A stretch of 63,904 bases of DNA, counting the filler, from an uncultured Methanosarcinales archaeon (GTDB lineage: Archaea; Nanobdellota; Nanobdellia; Woesearchaeales; CAYNLP01), in assembly GCA_964398115.1 (NCBI GenBank). It is 3 parts of 3 records of this genome, joined end to end, with 100 filler letters (N's around TTAATTAATTAA, not from the genome) between each part and the next. Parts side by side here need not be neighbours in the genome. Positions count along the whole stretch, not along the records: positions 1 to 24,146 come from CAYNLP010000014.1; 2 more parts are not named here. The stretch is one strand, 5' to 3'. Of the stretch, positions 1 to 8,603 are shown piece by piece. The translations under genes and the position numbers were made by a program. The notes beneath the pieces are model-generated. The model had not been told where the DNA came from, did no database searches, and saw nothing but the letters and a program-made list of their open reading frames with translations. Position 1 is the stretch's first letter. The number at the start of each line of letters is the position of its first letter.

Positions 1-1021
1 TGTTTCCGCCTTCTCCAGTTTGTTTTTCAGTCTGGATGAATTTTCCTTCGTCTAATTTGTTGATTTTTCTTTGAAATGTTTTGTAAGTGCTTTCTCCACC
101 TTTATCCTTATACTTTTGGTATAAGTCTCCGATTTTCTCTCCACTATTACTTTTGACAATATCTAGTATGAATTGCATTTCATCTCCTAACTCGTCCTGG
201 TCTTTCACTGTGAATTGGTCTAATTTCTTTATCGCTTTTGCAACGTCTTCCTTTGTTATATTTTTAGAACTTCTATTTTCCGCATTGATAGCCGATTCTT
301 TTAGTAAGAAAATTCCTGATCTTATGTCTTGTATTTGGTATGTTTTTTCTATCACTTTGTTTAAAGCGTCTTCTTCCCACACGTCGTCGTAGAAAGCATA
401 CTCTAATCTGCTTTTGATAACATCTTCAGTTTCGCTTCTATTGTATGGTTCGAATTCTACAACTTCTGGTGTTAGTCTTGATTTAATCCTGCTGTCCATT
501 TGGGCTAGGAAGTCTTCTTCGTTAGTGATTACTATTATGGATTTTTTGTAGATTTCTTCCAGTAGGAAGTAAAGGAAGTCATAGTCTTCTGCTTTGTCTA
601 TCTCGTCAAATACGAAAACGGCAGCGGTTTTGTTTATTATATTGGATACTACATTTTGCAAGTCGCTAGTTTTCTTATTGTGAGTGAGTCGGTAACCTAT
701 TTGTTCGCAGATTTCCATTAATATCTTGTAGGTGGTATTTTTCTGCCAACAGTTTATGTAGATAGAGTGTATTTCTTGAGTTTCTTGCTCTAAGTCTCTT
801 AGTACGTGTTTGGTAGCTGCTGTTTTTCCTATTCCTGGCTCGCCGAACATCAACACGTTACGACCGTTTCTATCTTTAAGCAGGGGTTTTATAGCGCTGG
901 CTATAGTTCTTTGTTCCCCTTCTCTGTGAGGTAAGATTTTAGGGACGAATTCATAATCTAATGCACTCTCATTCTTTATAAGAGTCTCTTCTTCCTTTAG
1001 AACGTCGTCAAAAACTCCCAT
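1..1021 (-). CDS. cdc6: Cdc6/Orc1 replication initiator homolog (3' end runs off window)
   Basis: Not in ORF track; manual translation from ATG 1021: MGVFDDVLKEEETLIKNESALDYEFVPKILPHRE..., Walker A GEPGIGKT, Walker B FVFDEID. Confidence 0.9.
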   Translation of the reverse strand, partial: MGVFDDVLKEEETLIKNESALDYEFVPKILPHREGEQRTIASAIKPLLKDRNGRNVLMFGEPGIGKTAATKHVLRDLEQETQEIHSIYINCWQKNTTYKILMEICEQIGYRLTHNKKTSDLQNVVSNIINKTAAVFVFDEIDKAEDYDFLYFLLEEIYKKSIIVITNEEDFLAQMDSRIKSRLTPEVVEFEPYNRSETEDVIKSRLEYAFYDDVWEEDALNKVIEKTYQIQDIRSGIFLLKESAINAENRSSKNITKEDVAKAIKKLDQFTVKDQDELGDEMQFILDIVKSNSGEKIGDLYQKYKDKGGESTYKTFQRKINKLDEGKFIQTEKQTGEGGN

Positions 1022-1044
1022 ACTCTCGAAAGGTGCGATTTTAG

Positions 1045-1121
1045 TTTAAATATTTTGTGTAGCGGTGTCCAGTGAATTTCCAAAACATCTTTTTTGACAA
1101 CGTACACCGCTATTTTTAAAA
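1045..1121. promoter_or_regulatory. Divergent cdc6/lig promoter region with 9-bp inverted repeat
   Basis: TATA-like TTTAAATA (1045) and TTTTAAAA (~1114) flank TAGCGGTGT (1060-1068) / ACACCGCTA (1104-1112). Confidence 0.5.
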
Positions 1122-1147
1122 GTAAACAACGCTTTTTTCTCTAATGT

Positions 1148-2899
1148 ATGAAATATTCAGAACTAGTTGATACGTATGAAAAACTTGATTCTACTCAGAA
1201 GCGTTTAGAAAAAACTCATTATTTGGCTGAGGCTTTGAAAAACGCGGATGACGAAGATTTGGAAAAGGTTGTTCTCTTGATTCAGGGGAATGTCTTTCCT
1301 GCTTGGCAGAAAGAGAAAAAATTGGGTTTTTCTAACAACTATATGGTTAAAGCTATTCAGAAAGTCACGGGTATGAATGAGATCGAAGTTGAAGACTTAT
1401 GGGCTGAAGTTGGTGATTTGGGGAACGTAGCTGAAGAATTAGTTGAAGATAAGAAGCAACAAACTTTGTTTACTGAAGAGCTTTCTGTTGAGAAAGTTTT
1501 TGATAACATACGTAAAATGCCTGAAATGGAGGGTAGTGGTAGTGTAGAAAGAAAGATACAGTTGGTGGCTGAGTTGTTGAGTTCTGCAAGGCCGGTGGAG
1601 GCTAAGTTTATTGTTAGGACGGTTTTAGAAATCTTGCGTTTGGGTGTGGCGGAAGGGACGTTGCGTGATGCTATCGCGTGGGCTTTCTTAGATGATCATT
1701 TCAAGATTGATTATGATGTTGAAGATAATGATTTTGAAGTTGAGGATAGAGAAAATTATGAACGAGTTATTACTTTAGTTGAAGAGGCTTATGAAAAGTT
1801 GAATGATTATGCTGAAGTTGCAAGGTTGGCTAAGGAAGGTGTTGAGAGGTTAAAAGATGTTGAGGTTAAAGTTGGTCGGCCTATCAAAGTAATGCTTGCT
1901 CAAACCGTAGATGATATAGAAAAAGGTTTTGAAAGGGTTGGGAAACCTGCTGATTTAGAATACAAATATGATGGTTTTAGGGTTCAAATTTCAAAGAAAG
2001 ATGGCGATGTTAAGGTTTTTACTAGGCGTTTAGAAGATGTGACTAAGCAATTTCCAGATATTGTGGGGTATGTGGAAGAATATGTTGAGGGTGAAGAGTT
2101 TGTCTTGGATGGTGAAGCTGTAGGTTACGATCCTGAGAGTAAAGAGTATCAACCTTTCCAAGATGTCAGTCAACGTATTAAGAGGAAGTACAACATTGAT
2201 GAAATGGCTGAAGAACTTCCTGTAGAGGTTAACATTTTTGACATCTTATACTATGAGGGAAATAGTTTTTTGAAAAAGCCTTTGAGGGAAAGGCGTGATT
2301 TGATTGAAGAAGTTGTTGATGATGTTGAATATAGTATAAGACCGGCTCGTAATTTGATAACAGGTGATTTGAAAGAAGCACACCAGTTTTATAGTGAAGC
2401 TAATGACAAGGGCATGGAGGGTGTTATGATGAAAAACTTGGATAGTGTTTACAAACCAGGTTCTAGGGTGGGTCATATGGTTAAGTTGAAGCAGAGTATG
2501 GAAACTCTTGATCTCGTGATTGTAGGTGCGGATTGGGGTGAGGGGAAAAGAAGTGGTTGGCTTACTAGTTATCATTTGGCTTGTGTGGATGAAAATGGTG
2601 AGTTGCAAACGATTGGCAAGGTAGCTACTGGTATTAAAGAATTGGAAGATAGTGAGGGTGTTACTTTTCCTGATATGACTGAACGTTTGAAGCCTTTGAT
2701 TGTTAGTGAGGATGGTAGGCATGTTGAGCTTAAACCTGAGGTGGTGGTTGAGGTTGAGTATAATGAGATTCAGAAAAGCCCTACTTATAGTAGTGGTTAT
2801 GCTTTGAGGTTTCCTAGGGTGGTTCAGATTAGGGAGGACCGGGCTGCTGATGATATTTCTTCGTTGAGTTACGTTAAGACTTTGTTTGATAGCCAGTAA
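1148..2899 (+). CDS. lig: ATP-dependent DNA ligase
   Basis: Motif I EYKYDG, EGVMMK, C-terminal ALRFPR; archaeal ligase architecture. Confidence 0.97.
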   Translation: MKYSELVDTYEKLDSTQKRLEKTHYLAEALKNADDEDLEKVVLLIQGNVFPAWQKEKKLGFSNNYMVKAIQKVTGMNEIEVEDLWAEVGDLGNVAEELVEDKKQQTLFTEELSVEKVFDNIRKMPEMEGSGSVERKIQLVAELLSSARPVEAKFIVRTVLEILRLGVAEGTLRDAIAWAFLDDHFKIDYDVEDNDFEVEDRENYERVITLVEEAYEKLNDYAEVARLAKEGVERLKDVEVKVGRPIKVMLAQTVDDIEKGFERVGKPADLEYKYDGFRVQISKKDGDVKVFTRRLEDVTKQFPDIVGYVEEYVEGEEFVLDGEAVGYDPESKEYQPFQDVSQRIKRKYNIDEMAEELPVEVNIFDILYYEGNSFLKKPLRERRDLIEEVVDDVEYSIRPARNLITGDLKEAHQFYSEANDKGMEGVMMKNLDSVYKPGSRVGHMVKLKQSMETLDLVIVGADWGEGKRSGWLTSYHLACVDENGELQTIGKVATGIKELEDSEGVTFPDMTERLKPLIVSEDGRHVELKPEVVVEVEYNEIQKSPTYSSGYALRFPRVVQIREDRAADDISSLSYVKTLFDSQ

Positions 2900-2947
2900 T
2901 TCTCGAATTTTTGGTTTTAGCCGTTGAAATACTTTTTCTCGTCTAAA

Positions 2948-3003
2948 TGTTTCAATTATGAAAACTTGTTTTATTTGTGAAACAGTGTTTCATTAACGAA
3001 ATT
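2948..3003 (+). promoter_or_regulatory. Three tandem imperfect palindromes (TGTTTCA-N4-TGAAACA consensus, 19-bp period) upstream of a TATA box
   Basis: tgtttcaattatgaaaac (2948), tgttttatttgtgaaaca (2967), tgtttcattaacgaaatt (2986), then TTTAAATA. Confidence 0.6.
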
Positions 3004-3037
3004 TTTAAATATGAAGGGTTAAGATAAAAAAGACTAG

Positions 3038-3568
3038 ATGCAGAAGGGATTACTAGAGAGACTTTTCGACGAAAAGAAAGTAAGGGTACTGCAATGCTTC
3101 TTCGACAACCCTGGGGAAGAGTTCTACTTACGTGAAGTCGCTAGAGAAGCTGATGTAAGTCCTGCAACCACGTATAGAATAATACAACAACTCTTAGATC
3201 TTAAAATTATAGATATAGAAAAGATGAAGAAAACCAAACTTTACAAACTAGCTCAGAACAGCAGAACAGAACGTCTGAAAGACTTCTTCGAAGTAAAAAG
3301 CAACCCATTAGAAGAACTAGTAAGCTATATAAGCGACGTGCCAGGTGTTGAAAAAATCGTGTTACATGGTGAGGCTACAGAAGATAAAGTAAATATATTA
3401 GTTATAGGGGAAAATATAGCATCAGGGAAGGTAACGGCCAAATCTGCAGACATAGAGGAGAAATATGACATTAACGTGGTGGAGGTTACATTGTCTGAAG
3501 ATCAGTTCAAGAGGATGAGTGAAATGGGCAGCTTCCCGAGGAAGAAAACTCTTCTTTGGAAAGAATAA
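3038..3568 (+). CDS. Winged-HTH regulator with degenerate nucleotidyltransferase-like C-terminal domain
   Basis: EFYLREVAREADVSPATTYRIIQQL HTH; C-terminal IVLHGEA..INILVIG resembles MNT fold without DxD. Confidence 0.7.
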   Translation: MQKGLLERLFDEKKVRVLQCFFDNPGEEFYLREVAREADVSPATTYRIIQQLLDLKIIDIEKMKKTKLYKLAQNSRTERLKDFFEVKSNPLEELVSYISDVPGVEKIVLHGEATEDKVNILVIGENIASGKVTAKSADIEEKYDINVVEVTLSEDQFKRMSEMGSFPRKKTLLWKE

Positions 3569-3639
3569 ATTTTTTTACACTATTGAAAAATATTCTAGAA
3601 TACCAAAACATTTAAATATGAGCGTAAAAGCATATTGGT

Positions 3640-3795
3640 ATAGAAAAAAGTTTTTGGCGCTTGATAATAACTTTTAATCAACTTTTGTGTTTGGCGACAC
3701 AAAGTTGAAACGATTTTTGGCGATTAAACATTTGACGTTTTTGGCGAAACAGTCAAACGATTTCTTCTAGTGGTAAGTATGAACTTGCTACTTAA
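3640..3795 (+). promoter_or_regulatory. Structured leader upstream of ftsZ with four TTGGCG motifs
   Basis: TATA TTTAAATA at 3611; TTGGCG at 3654, 3691, 3717, 3741; stems 3678-3708, 3731-3757, 3769-3792. Confidence 0.45.
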
Positions 3796-3921
3796 AAAAC
3801 TTACGGTTACGAAATAGCTATACTAAAAATTTACAAATTTAATATGAAAACTAGAAACAACATGAACAACACAGAAAACAAACAGAGAAAACACAAAACA
3901 AAGAAACAGGGGGCAATAAAC

Positions 3922-4998
3922 ATGGATTTCATTGTCGAAAAAGCAAAGGAAAATCAGAACGAAGCACAAGAAGTTGAAGATTTAGACGTAGGACAAGCCA
4001 ACATCAGAGTCATCGGAATAGGAGGAGCCGGAAACAACATGGTAAACTGGCTCTATAAAAAAGGTATCAAAGGTGCTGAAATACTGGCATGCAATACTGA
4101 TAAGCAGCACCTAGACAGGATCGAAGCCGACAACAAGTTCCTAATCGGTAAAGACGTAACCAAAGGACTTGGAGCTGGTGGACATCCAGAAAAAGGAGCA
4201 GAAGCAGCACAAGAAAGCATACAGCAAATCAAAGATTCACTCAGTGGTTCCGATATGGTATTCGTCTGCGCCGGAATGGGCGGAGGCACAGGAACCGGAG
4301 GTGCTCCACACGTAGCGAAAACCGCAAAGGACGCCGGAGCAATAGTGATTGGAACAGTAACAATGCCATTCGACGTAGAAAGAGCACGAGTCGACAAGGC
4401 AGAGTTCGGACTACAACAACTACGAGAGAACACAGATACAGTGATAGTTATTGACAACAACAGACTAGTGAAGATAGCCGGCAACCTGCCAGTACAGCAA
4501 GCCTTTGCAGTTGCCAACGAACTAATCTCAACAATGATTAAGGGAATCGTAGAGACCATAGCAGTTCCCAGCCTCGTCAACCTAGACTTCGCAGACGTCG
4601 AGGCAATTATGAGCAATGGTGGAGTGGCAGCCATCGGCATCGGAGCTAGCGATACCAATAACAGAGTAGACGAAGCAGTGAAAGGTGCTCTCAGCAATCC
4701 ATTGTTAGACATCAGTTATGAGGGTGCCGGTGGAGCCATCATCCACATAACAGGTGGCTCTGACATGACTCTAGAAGAGATCTCCAGAGCAGGAGAACTT
4801 ATTACAGAGTCTATGGACCAAGAGGCAAATGTCATATGGGGTGCTCGAGTTAAAGAGGACCTTAAGGGCAAAATGACAGTGATGACAATCATTACAGGAG
4901 TTAAGAGTCCATGGATACTTGGTTCACAGTCTGCTGAACAAAAGGCGGAAGCCCGAAGTCAGATGGAAGAAGAACTAGGTATCGAGATCGTGAAGTAA
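3922..4998 (+). CDS. ftsZ: Cell division protein FtsZ
   Basis: GGAGNN, GMGGGTGTG signature, NLDFAD T7 loop; ATG 3922 after GGGGG SD preferred over 3844. Confidence 0.97.
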   Translation: MDFIVEKAKENQNEAQEVEDLDVGQANIRVIGIGGAGNNMVNWLYKKGIKGAEILACNTDKQHLDRIEADNKFLIGKDVTKGLGAGGHPEKGAEAAQESIQQIKDSLSGSDMVFVCAGMGGGTGTGGAPHVAKTAKDAGAIVIGTVTMPFDVERARVDKAEFGLQQLRENTDTVIVIDNNRLVKIAGNLPVQQAFAVANELISTMIKGIVETIAVPSLVNLDFADVEAIMSNGGVAAIGIGASDTNNRVDEAVKGALSNPLLDISYEGAGGAIIHITGGSDMTLEEISRAGELITESMDQEANVIWGARVKEDLKGKMTVMTIITGVKSPWILGSQSAEQKAEARSQMEEELGIEIVK

Positions 4999-5165
4999 CC
5001 CTTCACGATCCCTATTAAGGCAAAAGGGGAGTATCAATACTCTTTTCTCCGCCTTCGCCCTTCAAAATTTCAACCCCCCAACCCCCAACAACCCCAACAA
5101 GGCGTGAAGGCGTACTTCCCCTTTTTTCTCCTCTTCACCGGGGAGAGTTTTTCTTTTTTCTTTTT
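4986..5165 (+). ncRNA. Candidate structured 3' element after ftsZ ending in hairpin plus T-tract (terminator-like)
   Basis: 10-bp stem 4986-4995/5001-5010 around the stop; nested stems 5022-5033/5113-5125 and ~5050-5059/5101-5112 enclosing CAACCCC repeats; T-tract after 5147. Confidence 0.4.
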
Positions 5166-5274
5166 TTATAATCTCTTGACAAGAAATAGAACCTACTATG
5201 TTCTAAAGATTTGATTATCGTATTATTTTTTAATTCCAAATCGAAAAGTAAGAGAAAAGGAAAGAATAAAAATT

Positions 5275-5706
5275 CTATTCCACATCTACCAGTTCGATCT
5301 CGAAGTTGAGATCTTCTCCGGCGAGTGGTGGATTCATATCAATCGTGACTTCTTCGTCTCCGACTTCAACAATCTTAGCAGGGATGTCTTGATCTACGTC
5401 AGGACTTCGGAATGCCATGACCATCCCTTCTTCGGGTTCCATATCACCGAATTGTTCTCTTGGAACTTGTTGTACAAGGTCAGGATTTCTATCGCCGTAA
5501 GCATTTTGTTTTTCAATCCTTACTTCTTTTTCTTCACCGACTTCCATCCCGTGTACGGCTTCTTCAAATCCTTTGATAACGCTTCCTGAACCTAATTCAA
5601 ATTCTAATGGTTCTTTACCTTCGCTACTATCAAAGACTTCTCCATTGTCTAATCTTCCTGTATAGTGAACTTTGACCGTGCTTCCTTCTTCAGCTTGTTC
5701 TGCCAT
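5275..5706 (-). CDS. FKBP-type peptidyl-prolyl isomerase (SlyD-like)
   Basis: VHYTGRLDNGEVFDSS, IKGFEEA, DMNPPLAGEDLNF; ATG 5706 with GGTGA SD. Confidence 0.92.
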   Translation of the reverse strand: MAEQAEEGSTVKVHYTGRLDNGEVFDSSEGKEPLEFELGSGSVIKGFEEAVHGMEVGEEKEVRIEKQNAYGDRNPDLVQQVPREQFGDMEPEEGMVMAFRSPDVDQDIPAKIVEVGDEEVTIDMNPPLAGEDLNFEIELVDVE

Positions 5707-5711
5707 GATTA

Positions 5712-6701
5712 TCACCTAGAACGGCGAAAATCTTTGTTTATTAAAAAGGTTATCCTTTCGAATTCTTGTAAGAATTGTTCCGCTATTCCTTCATTGTGGA
5801 TTATCAAAATGTTTTCATCATTTCTAGTGTTGGCTGACTTGGTGGGATTGTAACTTCCAGTTATTACTGTCTTATCATCTATGATGAACACTTTATGATG
5901 TAATGTTTTGTCTGTCCTTTCTAATAGTATTGGCATGTGTTCTTTCAACTGATAGTATTTGGTGTACTCGTTCAGGCCGAGGTTGTCCATTAAACCTTTC
6001 ACGTTTATGGTTTCTGACTTTTCTAGTAGTAAGTCTGAAATTTTTTGAGAGGTGAATGTGAACAGCATGAATTTGATTGATTCGTTGGCTTTACGTAGTG
6101 TTTTCAATACTTTTTCTTCGCAATTGTCTTCTGGACAAAAGTAGTTTTCTACTAATATACCTGACAAGTTTATTTTGGTATGCTCTGTTTTTTCGTTATC
6201 TCTATTTATTATTTCTTGTAGTTCTTGCCAGTAATTGTTTTCTAACGTGGTGGAGTTGATAACAAGCCAATGGTTGTAGTTGATAAATCCTTTCTTTGTT
6301 GGATTGGTGGATCCTGTTAGTAATTGTTTTCCTACGCAGAACTTGTTATGCATTAATCCTTTTGAGTAAACTTTTTCTCCAATTCCTTCATAGTTCTTGT
6401 AGTATACAAATGTCGGTACTGTCCTTTCAAATTCTAAGTCATAGAATAGGCAGGGTGTTTGGTCGAATTTTTTGAAAACTTTATGGCAGTCATCTTTTGA
6501 ACAAAAGAATGTTTGTATACCTCCGGTTTCGTTGATTGTTTCTTGTTGACAACTGGCCAGTATTAAGAGGATAATTCCTCCTCCAATTTTTGAAATCCGC
6601 GATAAAGAGAAAATTTGGCATCGGGATATTTTTCTTCCATATTTTCTATCAACATGTTCACTTCTTCTGTTTCTTCCGCTTCTCTTCCTAATATCCTGCA
6701 T
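5712..6701 (-). CDS. Phospholipase D/nuclease superfamily, probable lipoprotein (start uncertain)
   Basis: HHKVFIIDD..TGSYN intact HKD, HNKFCVG degenerate HKD, hydrophobic stretch ending ILASC. Confidence 0.8.
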   Translation of the reverse strand: MQDIRKRSGRNRRSEHVDRKYGRKISRCQIFSLSRISKIGGGIILLILASCQQETINETGGIQTFFCSKDDCHKVFKKFDQTPCLFYDLEFERTVPTFVYYKNYEGIGEKVYSKGLMHNKFCVGKQLLTGSTNPTKKGFINYNHWLVINSTTLENNYWQELQEIINRDNEKTEHTKINLSGILVENYFCPEDNCEEKVLKTLRKANESIKFMLFTFTSQKISDLLLEKSETINVKGLMDNLGLNEYTKYYQLKEHMPILLERTDKTLHHKVFIIDDKTVITGSYNPTKSANTRNDENILIIHNEGIAEQFLQEFERITFLINKDFRRSR

Positions 6702-7096
6702 ATTTCTACCAGTTCTTCTTCTAACACGTTATCTAAAAGGATGATATGTTCGTAGGTTTTAATTTCGTTCTCTAAGAATTTCTGCAGTTTTTCCGAAACT
6801 GTCCTGTCCATATTCGTAGGTATTACGAGTTTACCATTTTCTGGTTCTTTCAATTCCTTTGTAGTCTTGACAGTTAAGTTATCTCCGAATACGTTGTTCA
6901 AGAAATACTTGGCTGCAAAGTGTTCTTTGCTATCATCGTCATAGAGGTAGATGGTATCGAGTGGTTGGATGTCTTTCTCTATTCTAATATTTTTACGGAC
7001 TCTCTTTTCAATATATTCTAAGAAGCAGTTGTCGCAATACTCTCTACCAGCGTATTTTACCTCTACCGTGCTTTCCTTTCCACAATCACAAGTCAT
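6563..7096 (-). CDS. Truncated TtuA/Ncs6-like protein lacking PP-loop
   Basis: N-terminal CxC..CxxCF..EKRVRK Zn motif of tRNA 2-thiolation proteins; SGGKDS position reads DDDSKE. Confidence 0.55.
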   Translation of the reverse strand: MTCDCGKESTVEVKYAGREYCDNCFLEYIEKRVRKNIRIEKDIQPLDTIYLYDDDSKEHFAAKYFLNNVFGDNLTVKTTKELKEPENGKLVIPTNMDRTVSEKLQKFLENEIKTYEHIILLDNVLEEELVEICRILGREAEETEEVNMLIENMEEKYPDAKFSLYRGFQKLEEELSS

Positions 7097-8394
7097 CTTT
7101 CACTTGCAGAAACAGCCGAGCTTTTTATAGGTGATTCTGATTCTATCAAGGGAACAACCGATAGACGATTGAGTTTTTCACCAAATATCGCCTGCATTAA
7201 TCTCATTCTTTCAATTCTTTCTTCAAATCCATAATCGGGGTTGGGACCCCATAAGATGTTGTCTCTTCCGCTGTAGTAAAGCGCTGCTCGTATTACAGGA
7301 TCGCCCAAGTGTCTTCTAAAGTCTCTGCTATCATATTTTATTAGTGCCTCCGCTGCTCCATTAAGAGTCATTCTTTCATCTATTCTTTTAATCTCTTCAA
7401 CTGTTTTTCCTGCAACACTATCAGCTAGTAAATTTTCATATTTAGTGTATAAACTGTCCTGTAATGATTTAAGACTGTCATGTTTTGATTTTGCCAAAAG
7501 ATAATTTGAAACTAATTGGAAAAGTCTTCCCCCATGCATTTCTGTTATTGACTTTATGGCTTCAGTACTGTCTTGGTCTGAACTTGCTTCTTTCAAAGCA
7601 TGCATTAGTGAATCTCTTTTTCCAGAAGCATTTTCTGGAATTTTTTCAAAGTCGAACCTGTTCAGGTAGTCATGTATGTCTTGTAATGCTTGCCTTTCGT
7701 TATTTCTTGCATTTCTTACCTCATCATTCATGTCCCAGGCTTTCTCCCATGAAGGATGATTTAGTACTTCCAATCCTAACTCTGACGCTATATGAGGCAT
7801 GACCTGAACTGGTCCTCCTGCTCCAACTTGAGAAATCCAGTATCGCTTAATTTTTTCTTTATCATGAGTCATTTGCAATCTTCCATTCACTTCTGTGTAT
7901 AAGTTTTGACCATCGCTTTCTTGCATCACTCTCCCTAGATAACTTATCAAGCTGAATACGTGGTGTCCTTGATCTTCTAGTTTACTTCCTTGTTCTATTA
8001 TTGATTCAGCTATAGGCTTTAACTGAGGGTATTCTTCGAAGAGCGAGTTGAATTCATCTAAGCTTTCAGGAAGTCCTTCTCTTTCAACTCTTGAAATTTT
8101 TACAGTTTCTAATTGTCCTTCAAGGTTTTCTGTTTTTTCTTCTAGACTTTCTATGCTGTCTTGGGCTAAAGAAAGTAAGCTGTCTTTTTCAGACGATTCT
8201 ATTTCGGCAGCTGTTTTTTCATTTTTTACTTTTTGTATTTCTTTATCTTTGTAGTTTGATGCTATGGCTGCGGCTATTATGGTTGTTCCGGCTAATATTG
8301 CAGGTGTGAAAGGGTGGTGGAGGATTTCTTTTCCATGTTTTTTGATAGTTTGGAATGCGGATTTTACTTTTTCTTCTAATTTCTCCTCTCCCAT
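7093..8394 (-). CDS. Membrane-anchored lytic transglycosylase (SLT)-like protein with large helical insert
   Basis: N-terminal TM, coiled coil, VMQES, SQVGAGGPVQVMP, ALYYSG. Confidence 0.65.
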   Translation of the reverse strand: MGEEKLEEKVKSAFQTIKKHGKEILHHPFTPAILAGTTIIAAAIASNYKDKEIQKVKNEKTAAEIESSEKDSLLSLAQDSIESLEEKTENLEGQLETVKISRVEREGLPESLDEFNSLFEEYPQLKPIAESIIEQGSKLEDQGHHVFSLISYLGRVMQESDGQNLYTEVNGRLQMTHDKEKIKRYWISQVGAGGPVQVMPHIASELGLEVLNHPSWEKAWDMNDEVRNARNNERQALQDIHDYLNRFDFEKIPENASGKRDSLMHALKEASSDQDSTEAIKSITEMHGGRLFQLVSNYLLAKSKHDSLKSLQDSLYTKYENLLADSVAGKTVEEIKRIDERMTLNGAAEALIKYDSRDFRRHLGDPVIRAALYYSGRDNILWGPNPDYGFEERIERMRLMQAIFGEKLNRLSVVPLIESESPIKSSAVSASER

Positions 8395-8548
8395 TTTTCT
8401 TTTTGTTTGTATTTGTTTCCTTTTTAGTTTTTCTTTTTTTGATTTGTTATCTAAGTTTGGTAATTAAAATAAGTTAGTTTTTGTTCATTCTTAAATAGTA
8501 ACAAAACGAAAGATATAAAAATAAGTTATTGTTAAAAACAGTATACAA

Positions 8549-8566
8549 CTCACCTCTTTTTCCCGG
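8549..8566. repeat. 18-bp intergenic repeat copy 1 (CTCACCTCTTTTTCCCGG)
   Basis: Exact match at 16161-16178. Confidence 0.7.
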
Positions 8567-8603
8567 GGGGGCTTTGCAAAAAATGCCTTCCTGGGTTTTT
8601 TCT

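Noticed and set aside
87..392. Plus-strand 101-aa ORF
   Set aside because: Antisense to cdc6
3651..3760. TTGGCG repeats or the 19-bp-period palindromes as a mini CRISPR array
   Set aside because: Repeats too short, spacing unlike repeat-spacer units, no cas genes in window
3844..3921. N-terminal extension of FtsZ in the ORF track
   Set aside because: Low-complexity A/C-rich tract; an SD-like site supports ATG 3922
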